From assembly GCA_041742355.1 (NCBI GenBank), contig JBGSIV010000214.1:554-64553 (forward strand): a stretch of DNA of 64,000 nucleotides. The letters are read 5' to 3'. This stretch comes from Candidatus Zixiibacteriota bacterium. GTDB taxonomy: Bacteria > Zixibacteria > MSB-5A5 > GN15 > FEB-12. Position numbers and translations under genes: made by a program. Shown in pieces: positions 10,551-20,438 of this stretch. The stretch's first letter is position 1, and every line of letters starts with the position of its first letter. A model generated the notes under the pieces. That model searched no databases. It had not been told where the DNA came from and saw only the letters and a list, made by a program, of their open reading frames with translations.

Positions 10551-12307
10551 ACACCGGACATCCTCATATCAACAGCCTGTGGGCCGACCTGATTATCGAA
10601 GAACTTGTCCGCAACGGTATTGACTTCTTCTGCCTCTCCCCCGGTTCGCGCTCCACTCCGCTCGTTGCGGCAGTCGCCACCCATCCACAGGCGAAGAGTC
10701 TCATGCACTTCGATGAACGCGGGGCCGCCTTCTGCGCCCTCGGGTACGCCCGGGCTACCGGCCGCCCGGCGGTGGTGATATGCACCTCAGGCACCGCTGC
10801 GGCCAACTACTGTCCGGCCATCGTCGAAGCCTCCGCCGATCACCTACCGATGCTCGTGTTGACCGCCGACCGGCCGCCGGAACTTCGGGCGACCGCAGCC
10901 AACCAGACAATCGACCAGGTGAAGATGTACGGCGACTACTCCCGGTGGTTTTTCGAACTCCCCTGTCCCGACCGCGCCGTGCCGCCGCGCGTAGTTCTGA
11001 CGACCATTGATCAGGCTGTCTACCGCACGGCACAACGCCCTGCGGGACCGGTTCACCTGAACCTGCCGTTTCGCGAACCGCTCGCCCCGATCGGTCCGGA
11101 AGAGGATTTCGGTTCTTACCTTGCCGATACTGAACGCTGGCGCGCGACGAATGCTCCCTTGACGCGCTACCACCAGCCTACGACAGTGTGCGAACCCGCC
11201 CGCCTGGAGGATGCCGCGCAGCTGGTCAATGCCGCCGAACGGGGTCTTATCGTGGTCGGTCGGTTGAGAGACGCCGAGGATCAGGCCGCAATCACCAAAG
11301 TCGCCCGTGCACTCGGATGGCCGGTGCTTGCCGATATCGGCTCCGGCCTCCGCTCCCGCGACAGGAACAGCCTCACGGTGCCGTACGCCGACCATGTGCT
11401 GTGCTCCGATTCCTTTGCCGATGCGCATGCGCCCGACACGGTGCTTCACTTTGGTCCTCCAGTCACTTCGAAACGAATCTGGCAGTGGCTTTCGTCGTCG
11501 CGGCCGCAGACGTATATCCACATCGCCGACCACCCGGAACGGCAGGATCCCGAACACCGGATCACGCATCGGTACGACTCCGATATCGAGATGTTCTGCA
11601 ATTTTCTACTACCGTTTGTCACGGGTAAACCCCGTACGGCCTTCCGCGACTCTTGGCATGCCGCCGCAGCCCGGGCGGCTGCCGCTATCGAACAGGCTCT
11701 GCGGCAGGACAACTCACTCTCTGAGCCATTCATCGCTCGAACGGTCACGCAGTGCGCGGCCGTCGATTCGTGCCTCTTTGTCGCTTCCAGCATGCCGATC
11801 CGCGATATCGACATGTTCGCCGATCCCGACGGCGTTTCGGTACCGCTCGGCGCTAATCGCGGCGCTAGCGGTATCGACGGTACCGTCGCTTCGGCGGTCG
11901 GTTTCTCCCTCGGCCACAACAAGCGCTGCACACTCCTGATTGGTGACCTCGCCCTCCTGCACGACCTGAACTCGCTGGCGCTCGTGAACAGGAGCGCCAG
12001 GCCGATGACCATTGTCGCAGTCAACAACGACGGCGGCGGGATTTTCAGCTTCCTCCCGATCTCCCGGCGGACCGATCTCTTCGAGCCGTACTGGGGGACG
12101 CCTCATGGCCTGAGTTTTGAACACGCCGCCGCGATGTTCGGGTTGCGTCACACCCGAGCCACGACTCCGGCCGAGTTTGAGCGGGCCTACCGGGAATCCC
12201 AAACCTCCGATCGTTCCCAGCTCATAGAAATCCACACCAACCGGGATGCCAACTTCCGGTTGCATAACACCATCACCGCCGGCGTCGCCGATGCGTTAGA
12301 TCGTTGA
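10547..12307 (+). CDS. menD: SEPHCHC synthase (2-succinyl-5-enolpyruvyl-6-hydroxy-3-cyclohexene-1-carboxylate synthase)
   Basis: 586 aa. ThDP motif GDLALLHDLNSL...NNDGGGIF. ATGA overlap with the menF stop. Confidence 0.9.
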   Translation: MNTGHPHINSLWADLIIEELVRNGIDFFCLSPGSRSTPLVAAVATHPQAKSLMHFDERGAAFCALGYARATGRPAVVICTSGTAAANYCPAIVEASADHLPMLVLTADRPPELRATAANQTIDQVKMYGDYSRWFFELPCPDRAVPPRVVLTTIDQAVYRTAQRPAGPVHLNLPFREPLAPIGPEEDFGSYLADTERWRATNAPLTRYHQPTTVCEPARLEDAAQLVNAAERGLIVVGRLRDAEDQAAITKVARALGWPVLADIGSGLRSRDRNSLTVPYADHVLCSDSFADAHAPDTVLHFGPPVTSKRIWQWLSSSRPQTYIHIADHPERQDPEHRITHRYDSDIEMFCNFLLPFVTGKPRTAFRDSWHAAAARAAAAIEQALRQDNSLSEPFIARTVTQCAAVDSCLFVASSMPIRDIDMFADPDGVSVPLGANRGASGIDGTVASAVGFSLGHNKRCTLLIGDLALLHDLNSLALVNRSARPMTIVAVNNDGGGIFSFLPISRRTDLFEPYWGTPHGLSFEHAAAMFGLRHTRATTPAEFERAYRESQTSDRSQLIEIHTNRDANFRLHNTITAGVADALDR

Positions 12308-12311
12308 GTAT

Positions 12312-13106
12312 ATGTCAGATTACAACCTTCATGTCCATTCTGCCGGCGATCCGAAGAATCCGCCGGTCGTCCTGCTGCACGGTTTTCTCGGCACCGGCGC
12401 CGATTGGCGCGAAGTCATGGATGCGCTGTCCGACCGGTTCTACTGCCTCGCCCCGGACCTCCCCGGTCACGGCGAGACGGTGATCGATGGCCCGGACACG
12501 CTCTATACCGCCAACGCGACCGCGCGTCTGCTGGCCGGTTACATCAACGGCGAGCGCCTTCAGACTCCCGACCTGATCGGCTACTCGATGGGCGGGCGCC
12601 TGGCATTGTACCTCGCGGTCAACTACCCGGATTATTTCCGCCGCATGGTTCTCGAATCAAGTTCGCCCGGTCTTAGCAATCCCACCGAGCGTGCCGCTCG
12701 GCGCGATCAGGACCTGGCCCTGGCCAGCCGCCTGGAATCGGAGTCCTTTGACAAGTTCCTCAGGGACTGGTACGATCAGCCGATCTTCGCTTCGCTGCAG
12801 CGTTACCCCGACAGGCTGAAAACGCTCATCGCGCAACGTCTGAGGCAGAACCCACTCAAACTCGCCGTGTCCCTCCGGCACTTCGGCGCCGGCATCCAGG
12901 AACCTCTCTGGAACCGGCTGGCCAAGACTCCGCCAACCCTGTTGATTGTCGGCGAACATGACGCTAAATTCCAGCAGATCGCCACGCGCATGGTGTCGGC
13001 CATGCCGGATGCGACCGTCGGAATCGTTCCCGATGCCGGACACAATGTGCACCTTGAGCAGCCGGAGCGGTTCGTGCGAATTGTGAAAGAGTTCTTGCGC
13101 AAATAG
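12312..13106 (+). CDS. menH: SHCHC synthase (alpha/beta hydrolase)
   Basis: 264 aa. HGFLG oxyanion region and nucleophile elbow GYSMGGR. Confidence 0.8.
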   Translation: MSDYNLHVHSAGDPKNPPVVLLHGFLGTGADWREVMDALSDRFYCLAPDLPGHGETVIDGPDTLYTANATARLLAGYINGERLQTPDLIGYSMGGRLALYLAVNYPDYFRRMVLESSSPGLSNPTERAARRDQDLALASRLESESFDKFLRDWYDQPIFASLQRYPDRLKTLIAQRLRQNPLKLAVSLRHFGAGIQEPLWNRLAKTPPTLLIVGEHDAKFQQIATRMVSAMPDATVGIVPDAGHNVHLEQPERFVRIVKEFLRK

Positions 13107-13116
13107 AGAGGTACCT

Positions 13117-13938
13117 ATGCCCAGCGTCAACTGGACACCCACCGGCGCCTACACCGATATCAAGTACCACAAGGGCGAAGGCATCGCCAGGATCACGATC
13201 AACCGCCCCGATGTCCGCAACGCCTTTCGTCCGCTGACGGTCAAGGAGATGCAGGACGCCCTCAAAGATGCGTGGGAGGATCCGCAGATCGGCGTGATCA
13301 TTCTCACCGGAGAGGGTGACAAGGCGTTCTGCTCCGGCGGAGACCAGAAAATCCGCGGCGAATCGGGTTACACCGACGAGAGCGGCGTCAACCGCCTCAA
13401 CGTGCTGGAGTTCCAGCGCCAGATACGCACCTGTCCCAAACCGATCATCGCGATGGTGGCCGGCTACGCTATCGGCGGCGGCCACGTCCTGCACCTGCTG
13501 TGCGACCTGACTATCGCCGCCGACAACGCCGTTTTCGGTCAGACCGGGCCGAAAGTCGGTTCTTTCGACGGCGGCTACGGCTCCGCCTACATGGCCCGCA
13601 TTGTCGGACAGAAGAAGGCCCGCGAGATCTGGTTCCTCTGCCGTCAATACAATGCGCAGCAGGCCCTCGACATGGGCCTCGTCAACACCGTGGTGCCGCT
13701 TGCCCGCCTTGAAGAGGAGACGATTCAGTGGTGCCGTGAGATCCTGGCCAATTCTCCGACCGCTCTGCGTTGTCTGAAAGCGGCCCTCAATGCCGACTGC
13801 GACGGCCAGGCCGGGCTGCAGGAACTCGCCGGCAACACCACCATGCTGTACTACATGACGGCCGAGGCGCAGGAGGGGCGCGACGCCTTCAAGGAGAAAC
13901 GCAAACCCGACTTCTCCAAATTCCCCCGCCAGCCGTAG
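13117..13938 (+). CDS. menB: 1,4-dihydroxy-2-naphthoyl-CoA synthase
   Basis: 273 aa crotonase fold ([28 protein letters not shown]). Confidence 0.92.
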   Translation: MPSVNWTPTGAYTDIKYHKGEGIARITINRPDVRNAFRPLTVKEMQDALKDAWEDPQIGVIILTGEGDKAFCSGGDQKIRGESGYTDESGVNRLNVLEFQRQIRTCPKPIIAMVAGYAIGGGHVLHLLCDLTIAADNAVFGQTGPKVGSFDGGYGSAYMARIVGQKKAREIWFLCRQYNAQQALDMGLVNTVVPLARLEEETIQWCREILANSPTALRCLKAALNADCDGQAGLQELAGNTTMLYYMTAEAQEGRDAFKEKRKPDFSKFPRQP

Positions 13939-14018
13939 GCACGAAGAGCAGGGAGGCACGACGTGAGGAGCGAGGCGATGAGTGAGGCGAACAGGGGCTT
14001 CGGCAATCACTCGGATTC

Positions 14019-14119
14019 TGTCAGCCCGGCGAAGGCCGGGGGAAGCAATCTCTCTGTTGGCCGCGCCGCAGGCACCGGGAGAGGTTGCTTCGTCGCTCCG
14101 CTCCTCGCAATGACTGCCA
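14019..14119. repeat. REP-like hairpin modules inserted between menB and menA
   Basis: TGTCAG followed by hairpin CCCGGC-GAAG-GCCGGG (14025-14040). Inverted repeat GAAGCAATCTCTC (14042-14054) / GAGAGGTTGCTTC (14079-14091). Module TTGCTTCGTCGCTCCGCTCCTCGCAATGACTGCCA (14085-14119) recurs at 28843-28877. Confidence 0.8.
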
Positions 14120-14156
14120 ACGCCGCGTTGCGGGTAATGCCTCGGAGGTCGGCCCC

Positions 14157-15035
14157 ATGACGTCGCCCGCAGTCTGGCTCATGGCGTCGCGCCCGAAGAC
14201 GCTCTTCGCCGCGGCCGCCCCGGTGGTGATCGGCACAGCTATGGCCCTCGATATCGGCGGAATTCACTGGCCCTCCGCCCTGGCTGCCCTTGTGGGAGCA
14301 CTCCTGATTCAAATCGGCACCAACTTCGCCAACGACTACTCGGACTTCAAGTCCGGCGCCGATCGGGGAGAACGTCTCGGTCCAACGCGGGTCACCCAGG
14401 CCGGGCTCGTCACGCCCTCACAGATGAAGTTCGCGACCGCTCTGGTATTTGCTCTTGCCCTGTTAGTCGGTGCCTACCTCGTCTATCGTGGCGGCTGGCC
14501 CATCGTTGTCATCGGCCTCACCTCGATTCTCTTCGGCATTCTCTACACGGCGGGACCCTACCCGCTCGGCTACAACGGGCTCGGCGATCTTTTCGTCCTC
14601 ATCTACTTCGGCCCGGTCGCGGTCGGCGGCACGTACTATGTTCAGACGCTCCAGGTCACCCCGGCCGTGCTGATCGCCGGACTCCCTCCCGGGCTTTTCT
14701 CGGTGGGCATCCTGACAATCAACAACCTGCGCGATATCGACAACGACCGCCGGGCCGGCAAGAGGACTCTTGCGGCGCGCTTCGGCCGCACCTTTGCCCG
14801 AACCGAATACGCTGCCGTCATCTTAATCGCGTTGCTCGTTCCCGTCGTCCTCGTGCTCATGACCGGAGCCCACTACTGGTCCCTCGCGGCAGCCCTGACG
14901 CTGCTGCCGGCGATTCCGGCTTTTCGCACCGCCTGGCGCGCCACCGACGGCCCCAGCCTCAACAACCTGCTCGCAACCACCGGCAAGCTCCTGCTGTTGT
15001 ACAGTGTGGTCTTTTCCGTGGGGTGGCTGCTATGA
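14157..15035 (+). CDS. menA: 1,4-dihydroxy-2-naphthoate polyprenyltransferase
   Basis: UbiA-family membrane protein with motif NDYSDFKSGAD. I prefer the ATG at 14157 (MTSPAVWLMASRPKTL) because the 14085 start lies inside a repeat. Confidence 0.85.
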   Translation: MTSPAVWLMASRPKTLFAAAAPVVIGTAMALDIGGIHWPSALAALVGALLIQIGTNFANDYSDFKSGADRGERLGPTRVTQAGLVTPSQMKFATALVFALALLVGAYLVYRGGWPIVVIGLTSILFGILYTAGPYPLGYNGLGDLFVLIYFGPVAVGGTYYVQTLQVTPAVLIAGLPPGLFSVGILTINNLRDIDNDRRAGKRTLAARFGRTFARTEYAAVILIALLVPVVLVLMTGAHYWSLAAALTLLPAIPAFRTAWRATDGPSLNNLLATTGKLLLLYSVVFSVGWLL

Positions 15036-16147
15036 GGATTGCCCGGATACAAATCTACCGCTACCGTCTGCCGTTGCGGCGGCCGATCACGCTGCGCGGG
15101 AACCGTCTGGAAACCCGCGACGGTCTGGCGTTGAGAATTACGACCGATACGGGGGATTTCGCCTGGGGCGAGGTCGCGCCGCTGCCCGGCTTCAGCCGCG
15201 AAACGCTTTGGGATGCAGAGCGCCAGCTGCGCGAACTGCGCACCGGACTGCGCGACAGCCTCATCCCGACCGGGCTGGAGAGACTCGATGGCGGCTTCGG
15301 CAACTGGCTTGGGCATAGTCGGCTCACGCCGTCGGTCTCAGTCGGTGTAGAGACCGCCGTGCTGCAGCTCATCTCTCGCAGCAAGGACCGCCCGATGCGC
15401 CGTCTCCTGTGCGACAACGCCCGGGACAGTATCGCGGTCAACGCCCTGCTGGCCGGCGCAGAAGACGACATAGTCGAGAAAGCCGCGCGCCTGGTCGCCG
15501 GGGGGTACACCGCGTTCAAGCTCAAGATCGGCGGGCGGCCCCTTGATGACGACATCCGCATTGTCCGCCGTGTTCGCGAAACGATCGGTCCGCGCCCCCG
15601 TCTTCGGCTCGACGCCAACCGAGGCTTCGATCTTCGGACCGCGCTGCGCTTCGGCGACGCCGTCCACCTTTACGATATCGACTACATCGAGGAGCCCGTG
15701 CAGGACTTCCTCGAACTCCTCCAGCTGACCAACCGCGGGGGGTTCCGGCTCGAGGTTGCTCTCGATGAAAGCCTCCAGACGATTTCTCCCAAAGCGCTCA
15801 TGCAGATGCGCGGTATCCGCGCCGTTATCCTCAAGCCCTCGCTCCTCGGATTCGAGTGGTCGATGTGGTTTGCCCTGCGCGCCCAGAAACTCGGCATGAT
15901 TACGGTGATGAGTTCGACCTATGAATCCAGCCTCACCCTCGCGATGCTGGCCAAAATCAGCGCCTGCCTCAACAATGGAACCGCCGGCGAGGATGTCGCG
16001 ATGGGGCTTGGCACACTCGATCTCTTCGAACGCGATCTCACGGTCGAATCGCTGCGGGTCGACCACGGCCGGGTCGACCTCACCACGGTCCCGCCAACGG
16101 TCTTCGAGCTGGCGCCTGATCTGATCGAGGAAATCGACCATGACTGA
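15032..16147 (+). CDS. menC: o-succinylbenzoate synthase
   Basis: Enolase-superfamily motifs (FKLKIG, LRLDANRGF, IEEP). ATGA overlap with the menA stop. An alternative GTG start lies at 15023. Confidence 0.85.
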   Translation: MRIARIQIYRYRLPLRRPITLRGNRLETRDGLALRITTDTGDFAWGEVAPLPGFSRETLWDAERQLRELRTGLRDSLIPTGLERLDGGFGNWLGHSRLTPSVSVGVETAVLQLISRSKDRPMRRLLCDNARDSIAVNALLAGAEDDIVEKAARLVAGGYTAFKLKIGGRPLDDDIRIVRRVRETIGPRPRLRLDANRGFDLRTALRFGDAVHLYDIDYIEEPVQDFLELLQLTNRGGFRLEVALDESLQTISPKALMQMRGIRAVILKPSLLGFEWSMWFALRAQKLGMITVMSSTYESSLTLAMLAKISACLNNGTAGEDVAMGLGTLDLFERDLTVESLRVDHGRVDLTTVPPTVFELAPDLIEEIDHD

Positions 16148-17651
16148 TCTTCCCCTGCCGCTCGATCAGGCGGTTCGCAGCCAGCCAGACCACCCCGCTC
16201 TCGTTACACCGGCGCAGGTCTACACCTACGCCGATCTTCATCGCCTCACCGATGCGTTCGCGGCACACTTGATCGCGCGGTTGCCGAATGACCCTGCCCC
16301 CCGCCGAATTGCCCTGATGCTTGACCCGGCCGACACAGTGGTCGCGTGTGTGCTCTTGTGGGCCTCGCTGCGGCTCGGCCTCTGCGCCGTGCCGATCGAC
16401 TGCCGTCTCCCCACGCGCATGGTCCGGCCGATCCTCCAGGACAACGATATATTCCCGGTCTACTTCAATACCCCCGAGTCCGATCAGCCTGTCCCCGGCG
16501 TCAGCTGGAGCGAGAGTCTTTCGACACCGAGCAGTCCAAACCTTCGTGGTGAGTCAATTGCCCGGCCCGCCGAGCACGAGGCCACCGGCCTCCTGACCTC
16601 CGGCTCGACCGGCGATCCCAAGCTCTGCGTGCACTCACTGGGGAACCATGTCTACAATGCCTTGGGATCGAACCAGAACATACTGCTCCGCCCCGGTGAC
16701 CGGTGGCTGCTGTCGCTGCCGCTGAACCATGTCGGTGGCCTGGCGATTCTCTTTCGTGCGGCGCTCGCCGGCGCCGCGGTAGCTGTCGCCGGGCCGGAAG
16801 ACGAGCTGATCGACAGCATCGCCAACCTCCGCATCACGCACTGCTCGATGGTCCCGACGCAGCTCCACCGTTACCTGCACGCCGGTGGACGCCGCGAAAC
16901 GCTCTCCGCCCTCCTTGTCAGCGGAGCGTCCACCCCCCCGGCGTTAATCGCGGCGGCCGTTGACCGCGGCCTGCCGCTCCGTACCTCGTATGGCCTGACG
17001 GAAATGGCGTCACAGGTGACCACCACCGAGCCCGGCGCCCCGCTCACCCGCCTGTTTACATCGGGCCGGCTTCTCCCTCACCGTGAACTGCAATTAGACC
17101 CGGCGGGCGAAGTTCTCGTCCGCGGCGAGACCCTCTGCCTCGGTTACCTCGAGCGGGGAACGGTAATGCCAGTCACTGGTTCCGATGGTTGGTACCATAC
17201 CGGCGACACAGGTATTCTCGACCCCGATGGCTACCTGAAAGTCACGGGCCGCCGGGACAACATGTTCATCTCGGGGGGCGAGAATATCCAGCCCGAGCTG
17301 ATCGAACGAGTTCTCATTGAGTTTCCGGGAATTTCCGAAGCGGTGGTCGTGGCGGCCCCCGACGATGAATTCGGCGCGCGACCGTTCGCGTTCGTCGCGT
17401 TTGATGAGCGCGATCCCCGCGACTTTGACCAATCCACCCGCCTGATCCGCGACTATATCATGCTGACCGGCGCGATGGCCGACACCCCGATCCAGGTAAA
17501 AACGCTGCTCAAAGACCGGCTCCCGCGGCACGCTATCCCGGTGCGCTTCGCGATTATCCCCCCGGCAGCCCGCCAGGGGATCAAGGTCAGCCGGGCCGTG
17601 CTGACCAGTCTTGCCCGCCAATACTACCGGCCGGAGAAGTCGGAATCCTAA
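16140..17651 (+). CDS. menE: o-succinylbenzoate-CoA ligase
   Basis: AMP-binding motifs LTSGSTGDPK and YHTGD. 8-nt overlap with menC. Confidence 0.85.
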   Translation: MTDLPLPLDQAVRSQPDHPALVTPAQVYTYADLHRLTDAFAAHLIARLPNDPAPRRIALMLDPADTVVACVLLWASLRLGLCAVPIDCRLPTRMVRPILQDNDIFPVYFNTPESDQPVPGVSWSESLSTPSSPNLRGESIARPAEHEATGLLTSGSTGDPKLCVHSLGNHVYNALGSNQNILLRPGDRWLLSLPLNHVGGLAILFRAALAGAAVAVAGPEDELIDSIANLRITHCSMVPTQLHRYLHAGGRRETLSALLVSGASTPPALIAAAVDRGLPLRTSYGLTEMASQVTTTEPGAPLTRLFTSGRLLPHRELQLDPAGEVLVRGETLCLGYLERGTVMPVTGSDGWYHTGDTGILDPDGYLKVTGRRDNMFISGGENIQPELIERVLIEFPGISEAVVVAAPDDEFGARPFAFVAFDERDPRDFDQSTRLIRDYIMLTGAMADTPIQVKTLLKDRLPRHAIPVRFAIIPPAARQGIKVSRAVLTSLARQYYRPEKSES

Positions 17652-18049
17652 GCAATTCCCTCAAGCGCCGCCCGCAGGCCATCCGGCAGCACCCGCGCGT
17701 TGAATCCCTGTTTATCGACACAGGCGTGCACCGAATTGCCGCTCGCCACAACGTTGCCGTCGGCATTCACCACGGTGTAGTTTAGCGTGAAGGAGGTCTT
17801 TCCGATGTTGCCGGCGGCGATTTCCACGGTCACCTTGCTTCCCACATACAGCGGGCGCTTGAAATCGCACTCGGCGTGCACGATCAGCACGACGTAGTCG
17901 GCCTCGTGGATTATGTGGTAGAATTCGAATCCGACGGAGGCCATGAAGTTCTCGTACGCTTCGTGGGTCAGCCGGAAGTAATTGGCAAAAAACAGGACTC
18001 CCGCCGCATCGGTATCATGAAGCTTTACGCCGGTCTGGTACGTATACAT
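17648..18049 (-). CDS. 4HBT/YbgC-family hotdog thioesterase (candidate DHNA-CoA thioesterase)
   Basis: 133 aa. N-terminal motif HDTDAAGVLFFANYF. Convergent with menE and overlaps its 3' end by 4 nt. Confidence 0.7.
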   Translation of the reverse strand: MYTYQTGVKLHDTDAAGVLFFANYFRLTHEAYENFMASVGFEFYHIIHEADYVVLIVHAECDFKRPLYVGSKVTVEIAAGNIGKTSFTLNYTVVNADGNVVASGNSVHACVDKQGFNARVLPDGLRAALEGIA

Positions 18050-18164
18050 ACTTGTTGCCCTCGCGAAAATATCGTGCGCGCAGCGAGCGCGCCATGTATA
18101 TTGGCTGCCTATGTATAACGCAATTAAGGACTAAGCGCAAAGCATAATACCTTACAGGAGTACC

Positions 18165-20060
18165 ATGATGTCGCCTCAGTCACGTCTCGCAGTCCGTACC
18201 CTCCTTGCCGCCCTCGCGCTGTGCCTGCTGTCGGCCGGCGTCTTCGCCGCGGATGATGTCGTCCCACAACGCACCGATATCGCCGAGCAGTACCGGTGGC
18301 GCGTCCAGGATATATTCCCGACCGATGAAGCCTGGGAAGCTGCCTATGCCAGCCTCGAGAAGAGTGTCGGCCTGATCGAGCCTTATCGCGGGCGCCTCGG
18401 CGAGTCCGCCGCGGTCCTCCTTGAGTGCTTCGGCAAGAAGGACAGCGTCGAACTGATCATCGACAACCTCTATGTCTACGCCTACCTCCGGCTTGACGAA
18501 GATAACCGCGTCAGTAAGTACCAGGAAATGGGCAGCCGTATCGGCCAGCTGTCGTCGAAAATTTACGAAGGCATGTCCTTCATCCAGCCCGAGATTATCG
18601 CCGCCGGTGAAAAGAAGATCATGGGCTTCGTCGCGAGCACCCCGGCGCTTGCTCCATACCGGCACTCCATGGAGGACCTCTTCCGCCAACAGGCGCATGT
18701 CCTGTCCGACAAGGAAGAAGCCTTGCTCGCCATGGCCGGACCGGCCACCGGCGCCGCCAGCGACATCTTCAACATGCTCGACAACGCCGACATCGACTAC
18801 GGCTCTGTCACCGACTCGACCGGTCAGGTCATCGAGCTCTCCAAGGAGCGCGTGTACAAGCTGCTCGACTCCCCGGACCGCGACCTGCGCCGCCGCGTGA
18901 GCGACCAGTACAACGGGACGTATGAGAAGTACCAGAACACCCTGGCCGCCGCTCTGGCCGCCTCGGTGAAGAAGGACTGGTTCTATGCCCAGGCCCGGGG
19001 CTACAAGACCTGCCTCGAGTCCTCGCTCAACAACTACAATATCCCAGTCGACGTCTTCCACAACCTGCTCAAGGCGGTCAACGAGAATCTCGCCCCGCTG
19101 CACAAGTGGGCGTCGCTGCGCAAGCGCATTCTGAATGTCGACACCCTCTACACGTTCGACCTCGGCGTCCCGCTCGGACTCGAGAGCGAAACCGAGTACA
19201 CCTGGGAGCAGGCCCGTGACATCGTTGTCAATGGGCTTAAACCCCTCGGCAATCAGTACGTCGCCGACCTGAACACGGGGCTCACCTCCGGCTGGGTCGA
19301 TGTCTACGAGACGCAGGGCAAGGGCTCCGGCGCCTACTCGTGGGGCACCTACAGCTCGCACCCCTATGTCCTGATGAACTTCAACGGTACCCTCGAATGG
19401 GTGTTCACGCTGGCTCACGAAATGGGCCACGCCATGCACAGCTTCTATACCAACAAGAACGAGCCGTACGTCTCCAGCGGTCATTCCCTCTTCCTGGCCG
19501 AGGTCGCCTCGACCGGCAACGAAGCCGTCCTCATGAAGTACCTCATAGAGAATACGACCGACCGCCAGGAGAAGATGGCCCTGCTCAACCACTATATCGA
19601 TCAGATCATCGGGACCGTCTACACCCAGTGCTTGTTCAGCGAGTTCGAGCTGGCTCTTCACGAACGGATCGAACAGGGCGAGGCCCTCTCGGCCGAATTC
19701 ATGCGCCAGACCTACCGCGACATTTACCAGAAATACTGGGGCCCGGAACTCGTGATCGGCCCGGTCAACGACCTCGGCGGCCTGCGGATCAGCCACTTCT
19801 ACCGCCAGTACTATGTCTACCAGTACGCGACGTCGTACACCGCCGCGCAGGCGATCTCGCAGAAGGTGCTTGAGGATCCCAAGTACCTCGACACCTACAT
19901 GGAGTTCCTCGCCACCGGCAACTCGGATTATCCGGTCGAGATTCTCAAGAAGGCCGGTGTCGATCTGACCAAGCCTGAGGCGACTCAGCGGACGCTGAAG
20001 TTGTTCGCCGAGCTGGTCGACCAGATGGAAGCTCTGCTCGCCGAAAGCGGCAAGGGCTGA
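18165..20060 (+). CDS. pepF: oligoendopeptidase F (M3B) with a signal peptide
   Basis: 631 aa. Zinc motif LAHEMGHAMH. N-terminal signal LLAALALCLLSAGVFAADD. CAGGAG ribosome-binding site. Confidence 0.88.
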   Translation: MMSPQSRLAVRTLLAALALCLLSAGVFAADDVVPQRTDIAEQYRWRVQDIFPTDEAWEAAYASLEKSVGLIEPYRGRLGESAAVLLECFGKKDSVELIIDNLYVYAYLRLDEDNRVSKYQEMGSRIGQLSSKIYEGMSFIQPEIIAAGEKKIMGFVASTPALAPYRHSMEDLFRQQAHVLSDKEEALLAMAGPATGAASDIFNMLDNADIDYGSVTDSTGQVIELSKERVYKLLDSPDRDLRRRVSDQYNGTYEKYQNTLAAALAASVKKDWFYAQARGYKTCLESSLNNYNIPVDVFHNLLKAVNENLAPLHKWASLRKRILNVDTLYTFDLGVPLGLESETEYTWEQARDIVVNGLKPLGNQYVADLNTGLTSGWVDVYETQGKGSGAYSWGTYSSHPYVLMNFNGTLEWVFTLAHEMGHAMHSFYTNKNEPYVSSGHSLFLAEVASTGNEAVLMKYLIENTTDRQEKMALLNHYIDQIIGTVYTQCLFSEFELALHERIEQGEALSAEFMRQTYRDIYQKYWGPELVIGPVNDLGGLRISHFYRQYYVYQYATSYTAAQAISQKVLEDPKYLDTYMEFLATGNSDYPVEILKKAGVDLTKPEATQRTLKLFAELVDQMEALLAESGKG

Positions 20061-20100
20061 GAAGCGCGACCTCATAGAAGACGATCACAGGCAATCGTAT

Positions 20101-20138
20101 AAGGCACGATCCAGCTCGGATCGTGCCTTTGTCTTTCT
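20101..20138 (+). terminator. rho-independent terminator of pepF
   Basis: 12-bp stem AAGGCACGATCC/GGATCGTGCCTT, followed by TGTCTTTC. Confidence 0.75.
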
Positions 20139-20305
20139 GAGTATAGCCGGGGCATGGCTGGGACAAAATGAAAGCTGAGAGGCTGTCATCCCGGGCTTGA
20201 AGGGCATCCATTCGATGGCCTGTACTGCCTCCGCCACAGATCCCTCCCTGCAATCTCCTTTCAACTACCCCTCCCCCAATGAGGACAAAATGAAACCCGA
20301 TTTCA

Positions 20306-20321
20306 CTTGGTAATCATTTCC
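20306..20321. promoter_or_regulatory. Fur-box-like sequence upstream of ferritin (tentative)
   Basis: CTTGGTAATCATTTCC matches 11 of 14 positions of the TGATAATCATTATC half of the Fur consensus, counted by eye. Confidence 0.2.
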
Positions 20322-20438
20322 CCTCCAAAGACTTGCTTTTTCCCCCGAATGGCTGTATTACAAGGAACCGTCCCCAAAAACCGACCGTTATCAGAGGTAA
20401 TTGTTCGTCTATCTATAATCAAAGAGGAGTACTACAAC

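Noticed and set aside
18180-20075. 631-aa ORF on the minus strand mirroring pepF. Similar long antisense ORFs lie at 529-1671, 9111-10481, 30668-33184, 47157-48761, 49536-50969 and 61028-62329.
   Set aside because: These are typical GC-rich antisense open frames. They are Arg/Gly/Val/Asp-rich low-complexity translations with no motifs, and each fully overlaps a gene with clear family signatures on the other strand.
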